NCBI GenBank assembly: GCA_910584345.1
Contig: CAJTZX010000014.1
Span: 11 to 64,010, forward strand
Source: an uncultured Eubacterium sp.
GTDB lineage: Bacteria > Bacillota > Clostridia > Lachnospirales > Lachnospiraceae
Direction: 5' to 3'
Length of the DNA stretch: 64,000 nt
The notes under the pieces are model-generated. The model ran no database searches. It saw nothing but the letters and a program-made list of their open reading frames with translations, and had not been told where the DNA came from. Made by a program: the position numbers and the translations under genes. Positions 29,614 to 38,806 of the stretch are shown in pieces; position 1 is the stretch's first letter; each line of letters opens with the position of its first letter.

Positions 29614-30828
29614 CTATTGCAGTCTTCCGATCCATTCATATTCTTCCGTACACAGCTGCAGTTCCGCCAACAGGAAATACATTTTTTCGTACCGAAAAAT
29701 ATCTTCCCTGTCTTTTGCATGTAAAATAACCGCTATCTTTCTTTTGTTCTTCAAAAAAGACTGTACTCTGATAAACGGATTCATAAATATCGGTTCTGTT
29801 TCCCCTTGCAGATCCGGACAGATATCTATCAGTTCAAACTCTCTAAATACTTCATAAGAGCTTAAAATACGTTCTACTTCCCCTTTTGTCCATAAATAGC
29901 GCGGCTGTAAAAATGCCTGTCTGTCCGCATGGCGCAGCTTTCGTGCATTGGTCTGCAACGGAAATTCCAGTGCCGTATGGTCTTTTTCCTCATTCATAGA
30001 CTCTATATGCAGCAGCTTTAACTTCGGATGCGCTTCTTTTTCCGTCCGTACATACATCTCCTGTTCGGAAAAAATAACAGAAAACAGCTCCTCGCCTTCC
30101 GGCACAGCCAGACATCCGGCATAACCATCTTCCTTTGGAATCCGATGGACATAATACGATACGTTGCCTGCCACAGACATATCCACTTTTGGTTTACAAA
30201 TATGCTCCGACACATTCCAGACAAGCACCATATCATCCATAACAAAGTCAGAAAATTCCCCCAGTTCTATGGCCACTTTTGAAATCACCGCATCCTGTGG
30301 TACAATACCCTGACGGTCTGTAATATCGAGCATTTTATATAAAAACGGACAATTGATCGTATGCCATTGTCTCCGATTTGCCATAAACTGCTCATATAGC
30401 CGGTAAAATGCTTCCTGATAAGCCTGGCAATAGGAAAAAGCTATCGTCGTATGATAGTTTCCCAAATCTGTCTCTACCTCTGCCCGAAACGTTTCGGACA
30501 GACACTTTAGAATCTTAAGATAATCACAAGCCAGAAACAGCGTTCCCAAATATCCCTGCGTATGCTGACCTGCTCGCTGAATCTCGAACAGGCTGCGGCT
30601 GGCGCTGTCCAGCCCATCTTTTTTACAGACTCCGGTATAAATATAATAATGGAAATCCGGGTCACTTCTTTCTCTGTCTATCTTTTGTTCCAGATTCCAA
30701 AAAGTCTCTTCGCTGTAATCTAATAACTCTCCAAATACATCGACCAGTACATCCTGCAGCAGCCTTTTCTGTACAGGATCCTGAATTTGTGAAATTCTGG
30801 ATTTCAATAATTCCTTTCTGTGCTCCAT
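29614..30828 (-). CDS. Protein of the injection-system-like locus (putative TssF/baseplate-like)
   Basis: 404-aa ORF with GGAGG RBS in the operon. Function inferred from context. Confidence 0.5.
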   Translation of the reverse strand: MEHRKELLKSRISQIQDPVQKRLLQDVLVDVFGELLDYSEETFWNLEQKIDRERSDPDFHYYIYTGVCKKDGLDSASRSLFEIQRAGQHTQGYLGTLFLACDYLKILKCLSETFRAEVETDLGNYHTTIAFSYCQAYQEAFYRLYEQFMANRRQWHTINCPFLYKMLDITDRQGIVPQDAVISKVAIELGEFSDFVMDDMVLVWNVSEHICKPKVDMSVAGNVSYYVHRIPKEDGYAGCLAVPEGEELFSVIFSEQEMYVRTEKEAHPKLKLLHIESMNEEKDHTALEFPLQTNARKLRHADRQAFLQPRYLWTKGEVERILSSYEVFREFELIDICPDLQGETEPIFMNPFIRVQSFLKNKRKIAVILHAKDREDIFRYEKMYFLLAELQLCTEEYEWIGRLQ

Positions 30829-30866
30829 CCGTCAAATCCTCCGCTGCCGTGGCGTTATCCTGCTCT

Positions 30867-32858
30867 TTATCCCTTTGCCTGCGTATCTTGTGTGTTATCT
30901 GATTCCTGATCTGTACTCTGCTGTCCGATATCTGATTCCTGCCCGGCATTCTGTGCCGCGCTTGTCTGGCCCTGTCCGGTATCCGGCGCCTGCACAGCCC
31001 CGGTACCCTGCGTCAGTTCATCCATAGCTGCATACACGGCCTCCATTCGCTCGTCCCAGATATTTAATTCCTGATAAACTGCCAATGCATCCTCATACAG
31101 CCCCTTTGCCTTTACAGTGTCTCCGCCTCTTGCTGCTTCTTTTGCCTGCAGCACATATTTCGCTGCCTGTGTCAGACGTTCTTCCTGCGCTTCTTCCACC
31201 GCCTTAACCTCTGCTTCTGTTATCGCCTGTCCCAATGCCGTAATGTCTTTAAACAGCTTATCCGCATCTTCGCTGGAACCTGTAAATTTATTGTATCTGG
31301 ACAATGCCTGCTTGTACAATTCTCTTGCACGTCTTGTACGGCCTTCTTCCAGTGCAATATTCGCATTTGCAATATAGGTATTGATCTTAATGACAGCTTT
31401 GTCTGCCGCCGCGGCCTTCTCCGCTGCTTCTTCCTCTTCTTTTTGCTGTGCCGCTTCCTGTTTTGCTGCTTCTTCTGCCTGTGTATCCTCTTTTTGCTTT
31501 TGACGAATCGCAAATATTTTCGCCTGTACATCCCCCTGCAATTGTAAATCCACCATTTTTGACAGTTCATTTAATGCACGGTGATACTGTAATAACGCCT
31601 CATCATAAACCTCTGTAGAGTGGTACATATCCCCCAGGGAAATATACTGCATAATCTGCAATCGGGCTGTAATCTCCTCTGTCTTTGCTTCCGCGTCCGC
31701 AGACAGCGAATCAAATCCCTGGTAAACCGCTTCTTTTTGAATTTGCTCATACAATTTTAACGCCTGCTCGTATTCTCCTGCCAGAAACGCCGCTTCGGCT
31801 TCCTGATACAGTGTAAGAATCGCTTCTCTGTCCGTAACCGTTTCCGATAATTCTCTTTTTTCTTCTATATACTGCCAATTGTTCAGGCTTAACGCTTCTG
31901 CCTGCTTTACTGCCTGTTCATATTCTGTCAGCGCCTTATTATAATTGGCATAATCCATATAACGGACTCCCCGCTGGTCCAGTTTTTCAATTTCTCTTAT
32001 TTTTCTCCTGTCCAGCGCACGCATACACATGATCACGATGCTAATCAGTAGAAAAATAACAACCGGTATGATAACTGCGATCCAAATCATCCGTTTCTTT
32101 TTTTTCTTTTTCTGAACGTCTTCTTTAAACGTTTTTTCAATATATAGAAACGCAGCTGTAAAACTGCCCATCCGTTGATCGTGTTCTTCCTGCAGGCTCA
32201 GCAAAAGCTCCTGTAAAATCTCCAAAAATTCCCTGCCGGTTTTTGTATATTCATAAGCGTCCAGTATTTCAATCTCCGACAGACGTCCCCAAAGATTGCT
32301 TGTCGCAAATAAGATCGTAGACCCTTCAGTTAATTCCATCGTCTTTGACACAAATGGTCTGACACGCTTTTCTCTTCCCAAATATTCTGTTAAATTATGA
32401 ATCTCTTCCGGTTCGGGCCGGTCTTCCCCTTCCTCTTCCAACATCTGCTGGAACTTTGTCTGTGTCTTGCTGATATGGGTAAATATATTTTCATATAGAA
32501 TAAAAAGCCTTGTATTGCCGCAGTATGCATAACGCATTCGCGTATAGTCCGACACAAGCACCGTAATGCTTACCTTTAACTGGCTGCGTGTACTGTGCAG
32601 TAATATCTGCTCATTCGCATACCGGATATATTCCCGCAGACGTTTCAGAGACGGCTTTTTTTCAAATGCCGTCAATACGGCTTCTACAGCAAGCTGTGCA
32701 CTGTTTTCTTCCCTCTCATTGTCATAGCTTTCTGCTACGGCAATACAGACGTACTTTTCCAGCGGGGTATATGCGACATACGTTTTTTCTATGGAATCAT
32801 ATCCCTGTTCCGAGATAAAATCCATCACCAGCTTACTGTTTAAATTTCTCATAAACAA
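30867..32858 (-). CDS. Degenerate PP2C domain, TM helix and long TPR/coiled-coil C-terminal region
   Basis: PP2C-like fold (FISEQG, CGNTRL, NLTEYLG) without the DG motifs; basic run, then TM MIWIAVIIPVVIFLLISIVIMCM; helical repeats. Confidence 0.75.
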   Translation of the reverse strand: MFMRNLNSKLVMDFISEQGYDSIEKTYVAYTPLEKYVCIAVAESYDNEREENSAQLAVEAVLTAFEKKPSLKRLREYIRYANEQILLHSTRSQLKVSITVLVSDYTRMRYAYCGNTRLFILYENIFTHISKTQTKFQQMLEEEGEDRPEPEEIHNLTEYLGREKRVRPFVSKTMELTEGSTILFATSNLWGRLSEIEILDAYEYTKTGREFLEILQELLLSLQEEHDQRMGSFTAAFLYIEKTFKEDVQKKKKKKRMIWIAVIIPVVIFLLISIVIMCMRALDRRKIREIEKLDQRGVRYMDYANYNKALTEYEQAVKQAEALSLNNWQYIEEKRELSETVTDREAILTLYQEAEAAFLAGEYEQALKLYEQIQKEAVYQGFDSLSADAEAKTEEITARLQIMQYISLGDMYHSTEVYDEALLQYHRALNELSKMVDLQLQGDVQAKIFAIRQKQKEDTQAEEAAKQEAAQQKEEEEAAEKAAAADKAVIKINTYIANANIALEEGRTRRARELYKQALSRYNKFTGSSEDADKLFKDITALGQAITEAEVKAVEEAQEERLTQAAKYVLQAKEAARGGDTVKAKGLYEDALAVYQELNIWDERMEAVYAAMDELTQGTGAVQAPDTGQGQTSAAQNAGQESDIGQQSTDQESDNTQDTQAKG

Positions 32859-33457
32859 CCCTCAACTAACAAAACGGCGGCCGTACCTGCCATTTTTCTG
32901 TTTTTTTTCTTCACACCCATGATAACCTGCTGTGCTTTATCATAGGGATGTTCTTTTTTTTGCAGATAAGAAAGCAGTTCTTTTTCATTTAACGCTTCCC
33001 ATACTCCCCGTGAAATCATTCCAGCCGTCATGCCTTTCCGTATATTGGCCTTTCCGCAGCTTTCGCTTAAGATCTGGTAATTGCTTCCGTCAAATAAAAA
33101 ATTCCTGTTGTTCCCTGCCGAATAATAAAACAGCTCTGTGTTTTTTAACCACTGTATACTGACAGACAAATAAGGCGTCTTTCCCAGAAAGATAATTTCC
33201 CGCATATCCCGTAAAATCCTCTTTGCTGCAGCGTTAAAATAAACCGGATAGTCTGTATTCTGCTGCATTTTCTGAAATTCCCATATGCACGCCTCTGCTG
33301 CAAGCACAGCACATCTTCTGCCGTTTATATGGTCTGCCGTTCCATCCGCAAGGACAGCCAGACACCCACAGTCAGAACAATATGTGGCAAAGTAACTGCT
33401 CTGTATCTGATAAGAACCTATCGATTGGGCATTTCCGATCTTGTATGCTTCCTGCAC
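32849..33457 (-). CDS. PP2C-like protein, probably catalytically degenerate
   Basis: QSIG, AVLADG, SRGVWEAL in place of SDG; no DN motif. Confidence 0.7.
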   Translation of the reverse strand: MQEAYKIGNAQSIGSYQIQSSYFATYCSDCGCLAVLADGTADHINGRRCAVLAAEACIWEFQKMQQNTDYPVYFNAAAKRILRDMREIIFLGKTPYLSVSIQWLKNTELFYYSAGNNRNFLFDGSNYQILSESCGKANIRKGMTAGMISRGVWEALNEKELLSYLQKKEHPYDKAQQVIMGVKKKNRKMAGTAAVLLVEGCL

Positions 33458-33459
33458 GT

Positions 33460-33993
33460 CTATTCATTCTCTTTCCAATTAAATACAAATCCATCATTTT
33501 CCCCGCATAACGGTACAAAAATAAAAACACTCTGCCCAATTTTCATCCGGTCTCCTGCTTCTAACATACGAGGTTCATATACTGCATCCCAGTTATCTTC
33601 CTCATCCAATATATAAACAAGCCCCTGAGAATCGCCCGGCAAAAGCATGGTTCGATTTTTTTCCGGATCATAGACTATAATCGCATGATTCCTCTGGCTG
33701 ACCGTCTGGTCGCCAATAATCCGTATTTCCATATCGCCGGCGCGTCCCACAAAATTTTTTTCTGCAATAATCCGATAGTCCCTTCCTTTGGATGGCCCTT
33801 CCAGGCATACCAGCCACCCGGTCACCGGCTTTAACACTTCCAGATCATTTAAATATACGACGTCACTATATTTTCCAAGAGGATCTTCCTCCTTGTTACT
33901 GTTTTTATTCACGGCAGTATTGCAGTATGGACATACATTCCCATACTTTTTCTCACTAAATAAATGGCCGTTTTCACAACGAATCAGACCCAT
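33460..33993 (-). CDS. FHA domain protein with an N-terminal Zn-ribbon
   Basis: CENGH...CPYC; GWLV, FVGR, VSQRNH FHA motifs. Confidence 0.88.
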   Translation of the reverse strand: MGLIRCENGHLFSEKKYGNVCPYCNTAVNKNSNKEEDPLGKYSDVVYLNDLEVLKPVTGWLVCLEGPSKGRDYRIIAEKNFVGRAGDMEIRIIGDQTVSQRNHAIIVYDPEKNRTMLLPGDSQGLVYILDEEDNWDAVYEPRMLEAGDRMKIGQSVFIFVPLCGENDGFVFNWKENE

Positions 33994-34588
33994 TTTGTTC
34001 CCTCCAGATATTCTTTTGTTCTCTTATCACAATTTTACATGTATCTGCATAAATCACATCTGCCGCATCCAATTGATACAGCATTCCCTCTTTTAACCTG
34101 TAAATCACATTTTCATTTCCCCTTTTCAATCCAATCGGTCGGCTCACAGTCATCGTTTCAAAATACCAGCGGCCATTGACCAAATTGCATACACCGTATA
34201 AATGTCGGTCAGAATCCGGATCTTGTATGCTTTCGATAAACACATCCCTGCCGTTTTTGGCACCCGTAATAAGAAAAGAATGTTTATCAGAGAGCAAGAC
34301 CTCTCTCTTTATTTTTCCTTCACTGTTTACAAGCAGCAATGCCTCAAACGGCGATGTATTTTCTCTTTTCATCCGCTGCAAAAAAAGGAAGATAAAAACT
34401 GCAAAAATACAGACTGCAAAAAATACAGACTGTATCAGAAACAGGCAGACAAAATCTCTCCATGGTTCCTTCGTGGCAGAAGGTACAATATAATTGGATA
34501 AGTAATATATCTGAATCAGCAGGTAGACAAAAACACATGCCAAAACACATCTGCCGGCTATCTGGTTTGTTTTCATATGCTCTCCCAT
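33974..34588 (-). CDS. Membrane protein with a degenerate FHA-like domain
   Basis: Two N-terminal TM segments; C-terminal beta-rich region (GRWYFE...DVIY) without the GR and SxxH motifs. Confidence 0.6.
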   Translation of the reverse strand: MGEHMKTNQIAGRCVLACVFVYLLIQIYYLSNYIVPSATKEPWRDFVCLFLIQSVFFAVCIFAVFIFLFLQRMKRENTSPFEALLLVNSEGKIKREVLLSDKHSFLITGAKNGRDVFIESIQDPDSDRHLYGVCNLVNGRWYFETMTVSRPIGLKRGNENVIYRLKEGMLYQLDAADVIYADTCKIVIREQKNIWREQNGSDSL

Positions 34589-34596
34589 GTATTTTC

Positions 34597-34627
34597 AGAA
34601 AGGCGTACATGTACTGCACGCCTTTCT
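34597..34627 (-). terminator. Stem-loop downstream of the putative tube gene
   Basis: agaaaggcgt...acgcctttct 10-bp inverted repeat. Confidence 0.55.
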
Positions 34628-34661
34628 TCTTAATCATATTTGATGTAACGTTAAGACATGA

Positions 34662-35057
34662 TTACTCGATCACTACGCCGTCAATTCTGTCTTTCTTTTG
34701 TTTTACAACGAGTTCAAATTCACCGTCTGTCTTTGTGAATTTTTCGTTATAAGATACTACAAATGCATGAGAAAATTCATATTTTCTCGGTGCCGTCGCA
34801 TGCTGGTACTCTACAGTCACTTTCTTGTACGCATCTGCACTCTCCGGTTTTACCAATGCCCAGGTAGCCATACTCTTTGCAGCATCACGCATAAAAAGCT
34901 TGTCTGCGTCAAAAGAAACTTTTCCATGAATCACCAGTTCTGCTTCAATGTCAGAAGATCTTGCAAAGGAATCTTCCGGAATTTTAGAGTTAAAAGTAAC
35001 GTCAATAATCTCCTCACTCAACTCTGTCACATCGGCAATCACAATTTTGTACGCCAT
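34662..35057 (-). CDS. Putative tail tube (Hcp/TssD-like) protein
   Basis: 131 aa, beta-rich; RKYEFSHAFVVSYNEKF resembles the Bacteroidota TssD F..AY.VSY.E.F motif; strong AGGAGG RBS. Confidence 0.6.
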   Translation of the reverse strand: MAYKIVIADVTELSEEIIDVTFNSKIPEDSFARSSDIEAELVIHGKVSFDADKLFMRDAAKSMATWALVKPESADAYKKVTVEYQHATAPRKYEFSHAFVVSYNEKFTKTDGEFELVVKQKKDRIDGVVIE

Positions 35058-35119
35058 GAATAATACCTCCTTTTTTTATTTTTACTGTATTTCTATTAAC
35101 AGACGCAACCATCCGCCTA

Positions 35120-37414
35120 TTAATCCGTATTGATCTGAAGTTCCATATTTTCAGAAACTCCCGCAAAGTTAATCTCTATATTATAGGTTGTATCGTTACA
35201 ATCGCCTTTTTCTATCCCATCGCCTTCCCGCAAAATAGAATTCGCATAGTTCGGTGAAAGCTGCCATTCCTTTACTTTACCGCCAGATTCAAAGATCCGG
35301 TCGATACGGTCTTTTTTGTAATCACTCGTCATTGCGCCAATCATCCGATACAGATACGTTCTGGTCGTTTCCCTGAAAATACTTTCAAATCCGCCATTCT
35401 TGCTCTCATTCATGCAGCGGGACTTATACACGGTAATCAAATTAATGGAATTGCCGTTCAGCTGGTTTTTATCCGAAGAAAACACAAACCCATATTTATG
35501 CTCGTTAATCACACTTTTTGTTTCTGCCGTATAACCTGCAATTTCCTTTGGCATCGTCGTCGTTACTGTCAATGCGTTATCTCCGGCTTCGATATCAAAC
35601 CGGACGCCCGGATATTCTTTCTTTACCTTACCGGCAAATCTGGAAGATAAAAAGTTCGGGCATTGGTAAGCCGCTACGATCCCGGCAGCCACATAAGCAG
35701 CTCCGATATAAACACCGTAAATCCAAAACTTCATAAAATCATCCCTGTCTTTGGAAAACTCAAGCGTGCCATCCGCATGTCGGATTGCTTTCGAGCCAAG
35801 CACTACACGGGATTTGTTGCTTGGAATAACCGTAAAATTCGGCAGACAGGGAATTGCGTAACGACTATAATCAGAATTTTCCAGGTCTTCCGTATTTTCC
35901 ATATACTGGTCCATGCCATGTGTCGCAAGCTTCAAAAACGTCGTATCTTCACTGGCTTCAAACGAGAAAAATACCTGTATGCGATAATCTTTAATGGAAT
36001 CCAGCAAAAACTGCAAATCAGAAATCGGCGTAGGCACAAGCGTAACCCCATGGTCCAAATCTCCGGTATAGCCAAACTGACGCATCGTATCCTCATCCAG
36101 CTCCATTTCTCTTTCCTCGGAATACTCAATATTGGGAACAATCCCAAACCAGATCGTATTGCTGTAATCCGACTTATTATTGACTGTCTCCAGATACTTT
36201 TTCAAATTTTCCAGATTCTTTTCTTCCAAAATCTCATCCATACTTGCATTTACAATGAGCAGGGACGGACGCATCATTGGAGATTTTGGCTGATACTGGT
36301 CAAAAAATGCCTTTACGCTTAATATCTTTTCAATCAACAGCTTTGCCGTACGGATAAATGCCTTTTGCCAGCTTGTATTAATTGCAGAATATTTATTATA
36401 AAGTTCAATTTTATCATTGATATCCATCGCAATCAGCTTATCCGGCATTTTATCTGTAAAGGCAGCTACAATCAGCTCTTTGGACAGCGACGACGCTGCC
36501 GTTTCCTCGTCGTATTCCTGTCCGACTGATGTATAAAGCTCATGCATCGTCTCGTTATATTGATCTTCTATTACAGAAATTGACAGCTCTTTATAGCTGA
36601 TTTTCTTCTTTTTCGGCGCATCTGCAGGAGCGGCCAGTTCCGCCTTGCCGGACTTGGCAAGCGCTGTGCTTTCTCCTTTTTCACCCTTATCCGTCAGCAG
36701 CCCTGCCGGATTGTCTGATACCTGCAATGCAACAATTTCGGCATTTTCATTAAATACAGGAAGCGCCGGCCGAAACTCCGTAATGCCTTTTTGCGACGCA
36801 CGCACAGCCGTATCCAGATTATCTTTAATCATCCCAAGCATCAATGTCAGCTGGGAAGCTGTCTCATTGTAATACTTTTTCGTCCGATCCAGCTTGGATT
36901 TCAGCTTTACTACGGCATCCTGCTTCGCCGGTGAATCGCTTTCAAATTCTGCATTTTTATTTTCCAGATAGGAAATGTCCTTTTTCAGCTTCTTGATCTC
37001 TTTCAGCGTTCTGTGAGGCGCCAGCATCTCCGTAACCTTTTCATAATTAAACGATGCATTGGTCGCACCTGACGCTTTTTTATTGTCCATAATAGAAATG
37101 AACATTTTTAAAAATGTATTGCTGCGGTCGATCACTATTTTTTTCACAAGCGGATCAGGAATTCCGGCAGGCTTTGTCAGTTCGTATACCATCCCCCGCT
37201 CCTGATCGAAATAGCTGTAAATCGTCGGCTGGAACTTTTTTAAAAATTCATCAAAATTTTTTACGAGAAGAGCCTGATTGATTTCCGCTACTTTCTCATC
37301 CGTAAGGCTTCTTGAATTTTCATCCACGTCCGACATAATGTTGAACATATTAAACACTTCCGGATTCACTACATCAAACAGGATCGTCCGGTTTGTCTGT
37401 TCTATAATTTCCAT
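35120..37414 (-). CDS. Putative contractile sheath-like protein (first gene of the locus)
   Basis: 764 aa, directly upstream of the tube-like gene; AAYVAAG...PGVRFD and C-terminal YNIEINF strand pattern. Function inferred. Confidence 0.45.
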   Translation of the reverse strand: MEIIEQTNRTILFDVVNPEVFNMFNIMSDVDENSRSLTDEKVAEINQALLVKNFDEFLKKFQPTIYSYFDQERGMVYELTKPAGIPDPLVKKIVIDRSNTFLKMFISIMDNKKASGATNASFNYEKVTEMLAPHRTLKEIKKLKKDISYLENKNAEFESDSPAKQDAVVKLKSKLDRTKKYYNETASQLTLMLGMIKDNLDTAVRASQKGITEFRPALPVFNENAEIVALQVSDNPAGLLTDKGEKGESTALAKSGKAELAAPADAPKKKKISYKELSISVIEDQYNETMHELYTSVGQEYDEETAASSLSKELIVAAFTDKMPDKLIAMDINDKIELYNKYSAINTSWQKAFIRTAKLLIEKILSVKAFFDQYQPKSPMMRPSLLIVNASMDEILEEKNLENLKKYLETVNNKSDYSNTIWFGIVPNIEYSEEREMELDEDTMRQFGYTGDLDHGVTLVPTPISDLQFLLDSIKDYRIQVFFSFEASEDTTFLKLATHGMDQYMENTEDLENSDYSRYAIPCLPNFTVIPSNKSRVVLGSKAIRHADGTLEFSKDRDDFMKFWIYGVYIGAAYVAAGIVAAYQCPNFLSSRFAGKVKKEYPGVRFDIEAGDNALTVTTTMPKEIAGYTAETKSVINEHKYGFVFSSDKNQLNGNSINLITVYKSRCMNESKNGGFESIFRETTRTYLYRMIGAMTSDYKKDRIDRIFESGGKVKEWQLSPNYANSILREGDGIEKGDCNDTTYNIEINFAGVSENMELQINTD

Positions 37415-37478
37415 AAAATTCCTCCATTGTACTTAGGGGTTACGTAAGCTTGGTATTTTATCATATTATAATATCCAT

Positions 37479-37507
37479 ATCATAATACCAAAAACTAATT
37501 TTGTCTA
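37479..37507 (-). promoter_or_regulatory. sigA-like promoter of the injection-system-like operon
   Basis: TAGACA-17 bp-TATGAT, overlapping an imperfect ttggtatt...aataccaa inverted repeat. Confidence 0.55.
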
Positions 37508-37679
37508 CATTTTTATACAAACTTCATATAATTTTTAACTATTTTGTTAGAAAGCAACAAAAATAGTACTCTATTTTTATAGTTATTGCACAAACGACAA
37601 AACATGACAAATAAACACTGTTATGATAAACTAAATTTTGATAAATGCTAACACTTTTTTCAGTGGAGGAAATGATTCA

Positions 37680-38765
37680 ATGACCAAAGAATTCAAACAA
37701 TACGCTGACGAGTTAAAAAATGAAAAACTGTTCGAATTGGAAGAAATTTACCAGACAGATCTTGATGACTATATCCCCATATTTCAAAAACATTTTCGGC
37801 AAATATGTGAAACCATTAGAAACCTGCAGGAAAAGCAGGAATTAGACGAAATCTCCTACTTGGAATATACACTTTTATTTACCAATCTGATACGCAAAAA
37901 AGAAATCGCGGAGGTGCGCATATACGATGACAACTGGTATTTCGACGCCAAACAGCGCGTAGTCGGTTGCTTCGATTTTTCTTTTCTGTTTACAAAATAC
38001 AAAGAGCTATGGTCAGAACTGATGTCCGCCAGAAAAAGATTTGCCAATGCAGTAACCGCACAGGAGACTACCGCATATCTGCTCTCATGTGCCAGCCAGT
38101 TTTACAAATATATCGTCTCTGCCTTCCGTTTTTCTATTCTTCCCTGCATAGAATCGGAACCATTTCTCTCTGTAAAGCGAGGGAAAGAATTTGAGATCAA
38201 TGTCGGAGAATACATGGCCTATACCGAAGCTATTTACAAAGAGAACCGGCAGCGCACCTCGGAAAAAACGCTTGACTGGTTTTCCATGCGGGAAGAATAT
38301 GAATATGCATTTGAAGATTTTACCGGACTTAATTTTTCCGGCGCTGATCTGTCAGAAATTGACCTGCGCTATTCCGATCTGCGCCGCACGACTCTTATCG
38401 GCACAGATTTTCAGGATTCCATGCTGTTCGGCACTCGTTTTTGCCACGCCTGTATGCAAAACGCCGACCTTAGATACTGTCTGATGCATGAATCTGATTT
38501 TACTGGAGCAGACCTTACAAATGCCTGTTTTACTGCTGCAAAAGCTTACCGCGGCGTTCCAAATCGTTCCAAATGGATCATTACCGGATACCGGAGCATT
38601 CGTTTTTGCGGCGCAAATCTTACCCATGCAGATTTTACTGGAACCAAAATTCAAGATGCAGATTTTACCGGAGCTATTATGGATGGCACCCTTATCGACC
38701 GCAAGCGTTTACACCAATTTAATTTGTCCCCTGAACAAATGCAGGCAATCACTCTCATTGATTAA
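37680..38765 (+). CDS. Pentapeptide-repeat protein
   Basis: C-terminal A(D/N)LXX repeats (ADLSE IDLRY SDLRR...ADFTG); start MTKEFK after GGAGG. Confidence 0.85.
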   Translation: MTKEFKQYADELKNEKLFELEEIYQTDLDDYIPIFQKHFRQICETIRNLQEKQELDEISYLEYTLLFTNLIRKKEIAEVRIYDDNWYFDAKQRVVGCFDFSFLFTKYKELWSELMSARKRFANAVTAQETTAYLLSCASQFYKYIVSAFRFSILPCIESEPFLSVKRGKEFEINVGEYMAYTEAIYKENRQRTSEKTLDWFSMREEYEYAFEDFTGLNFSGADLSEIDLRYSDLRRTTLIGTDFQDSMLFGTRFCHACMQNADLRYCLMHESDFTGADLTNACFTAAKAYRGVPNRSKWIITGYRSIRFCGANLTHADFTGTKIQDADFTGAIMDGTLIDRKRLHQFNLSPEQMQAITLID

Positions 38766-38806
38766 GACGAGGAATCAAACCACTATTTACAGAAAGGAAT
38801 GCAAAC

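Noticed and set aside
22522..37414. Prophage or tailocin interpretation of the tail-like genes
   Set aside because: No integrase, capsid, terminase, tape-measure or lysis genes seen; adaptor, FHA/PP2C and toxin-immunity genes point to a secretion-type system
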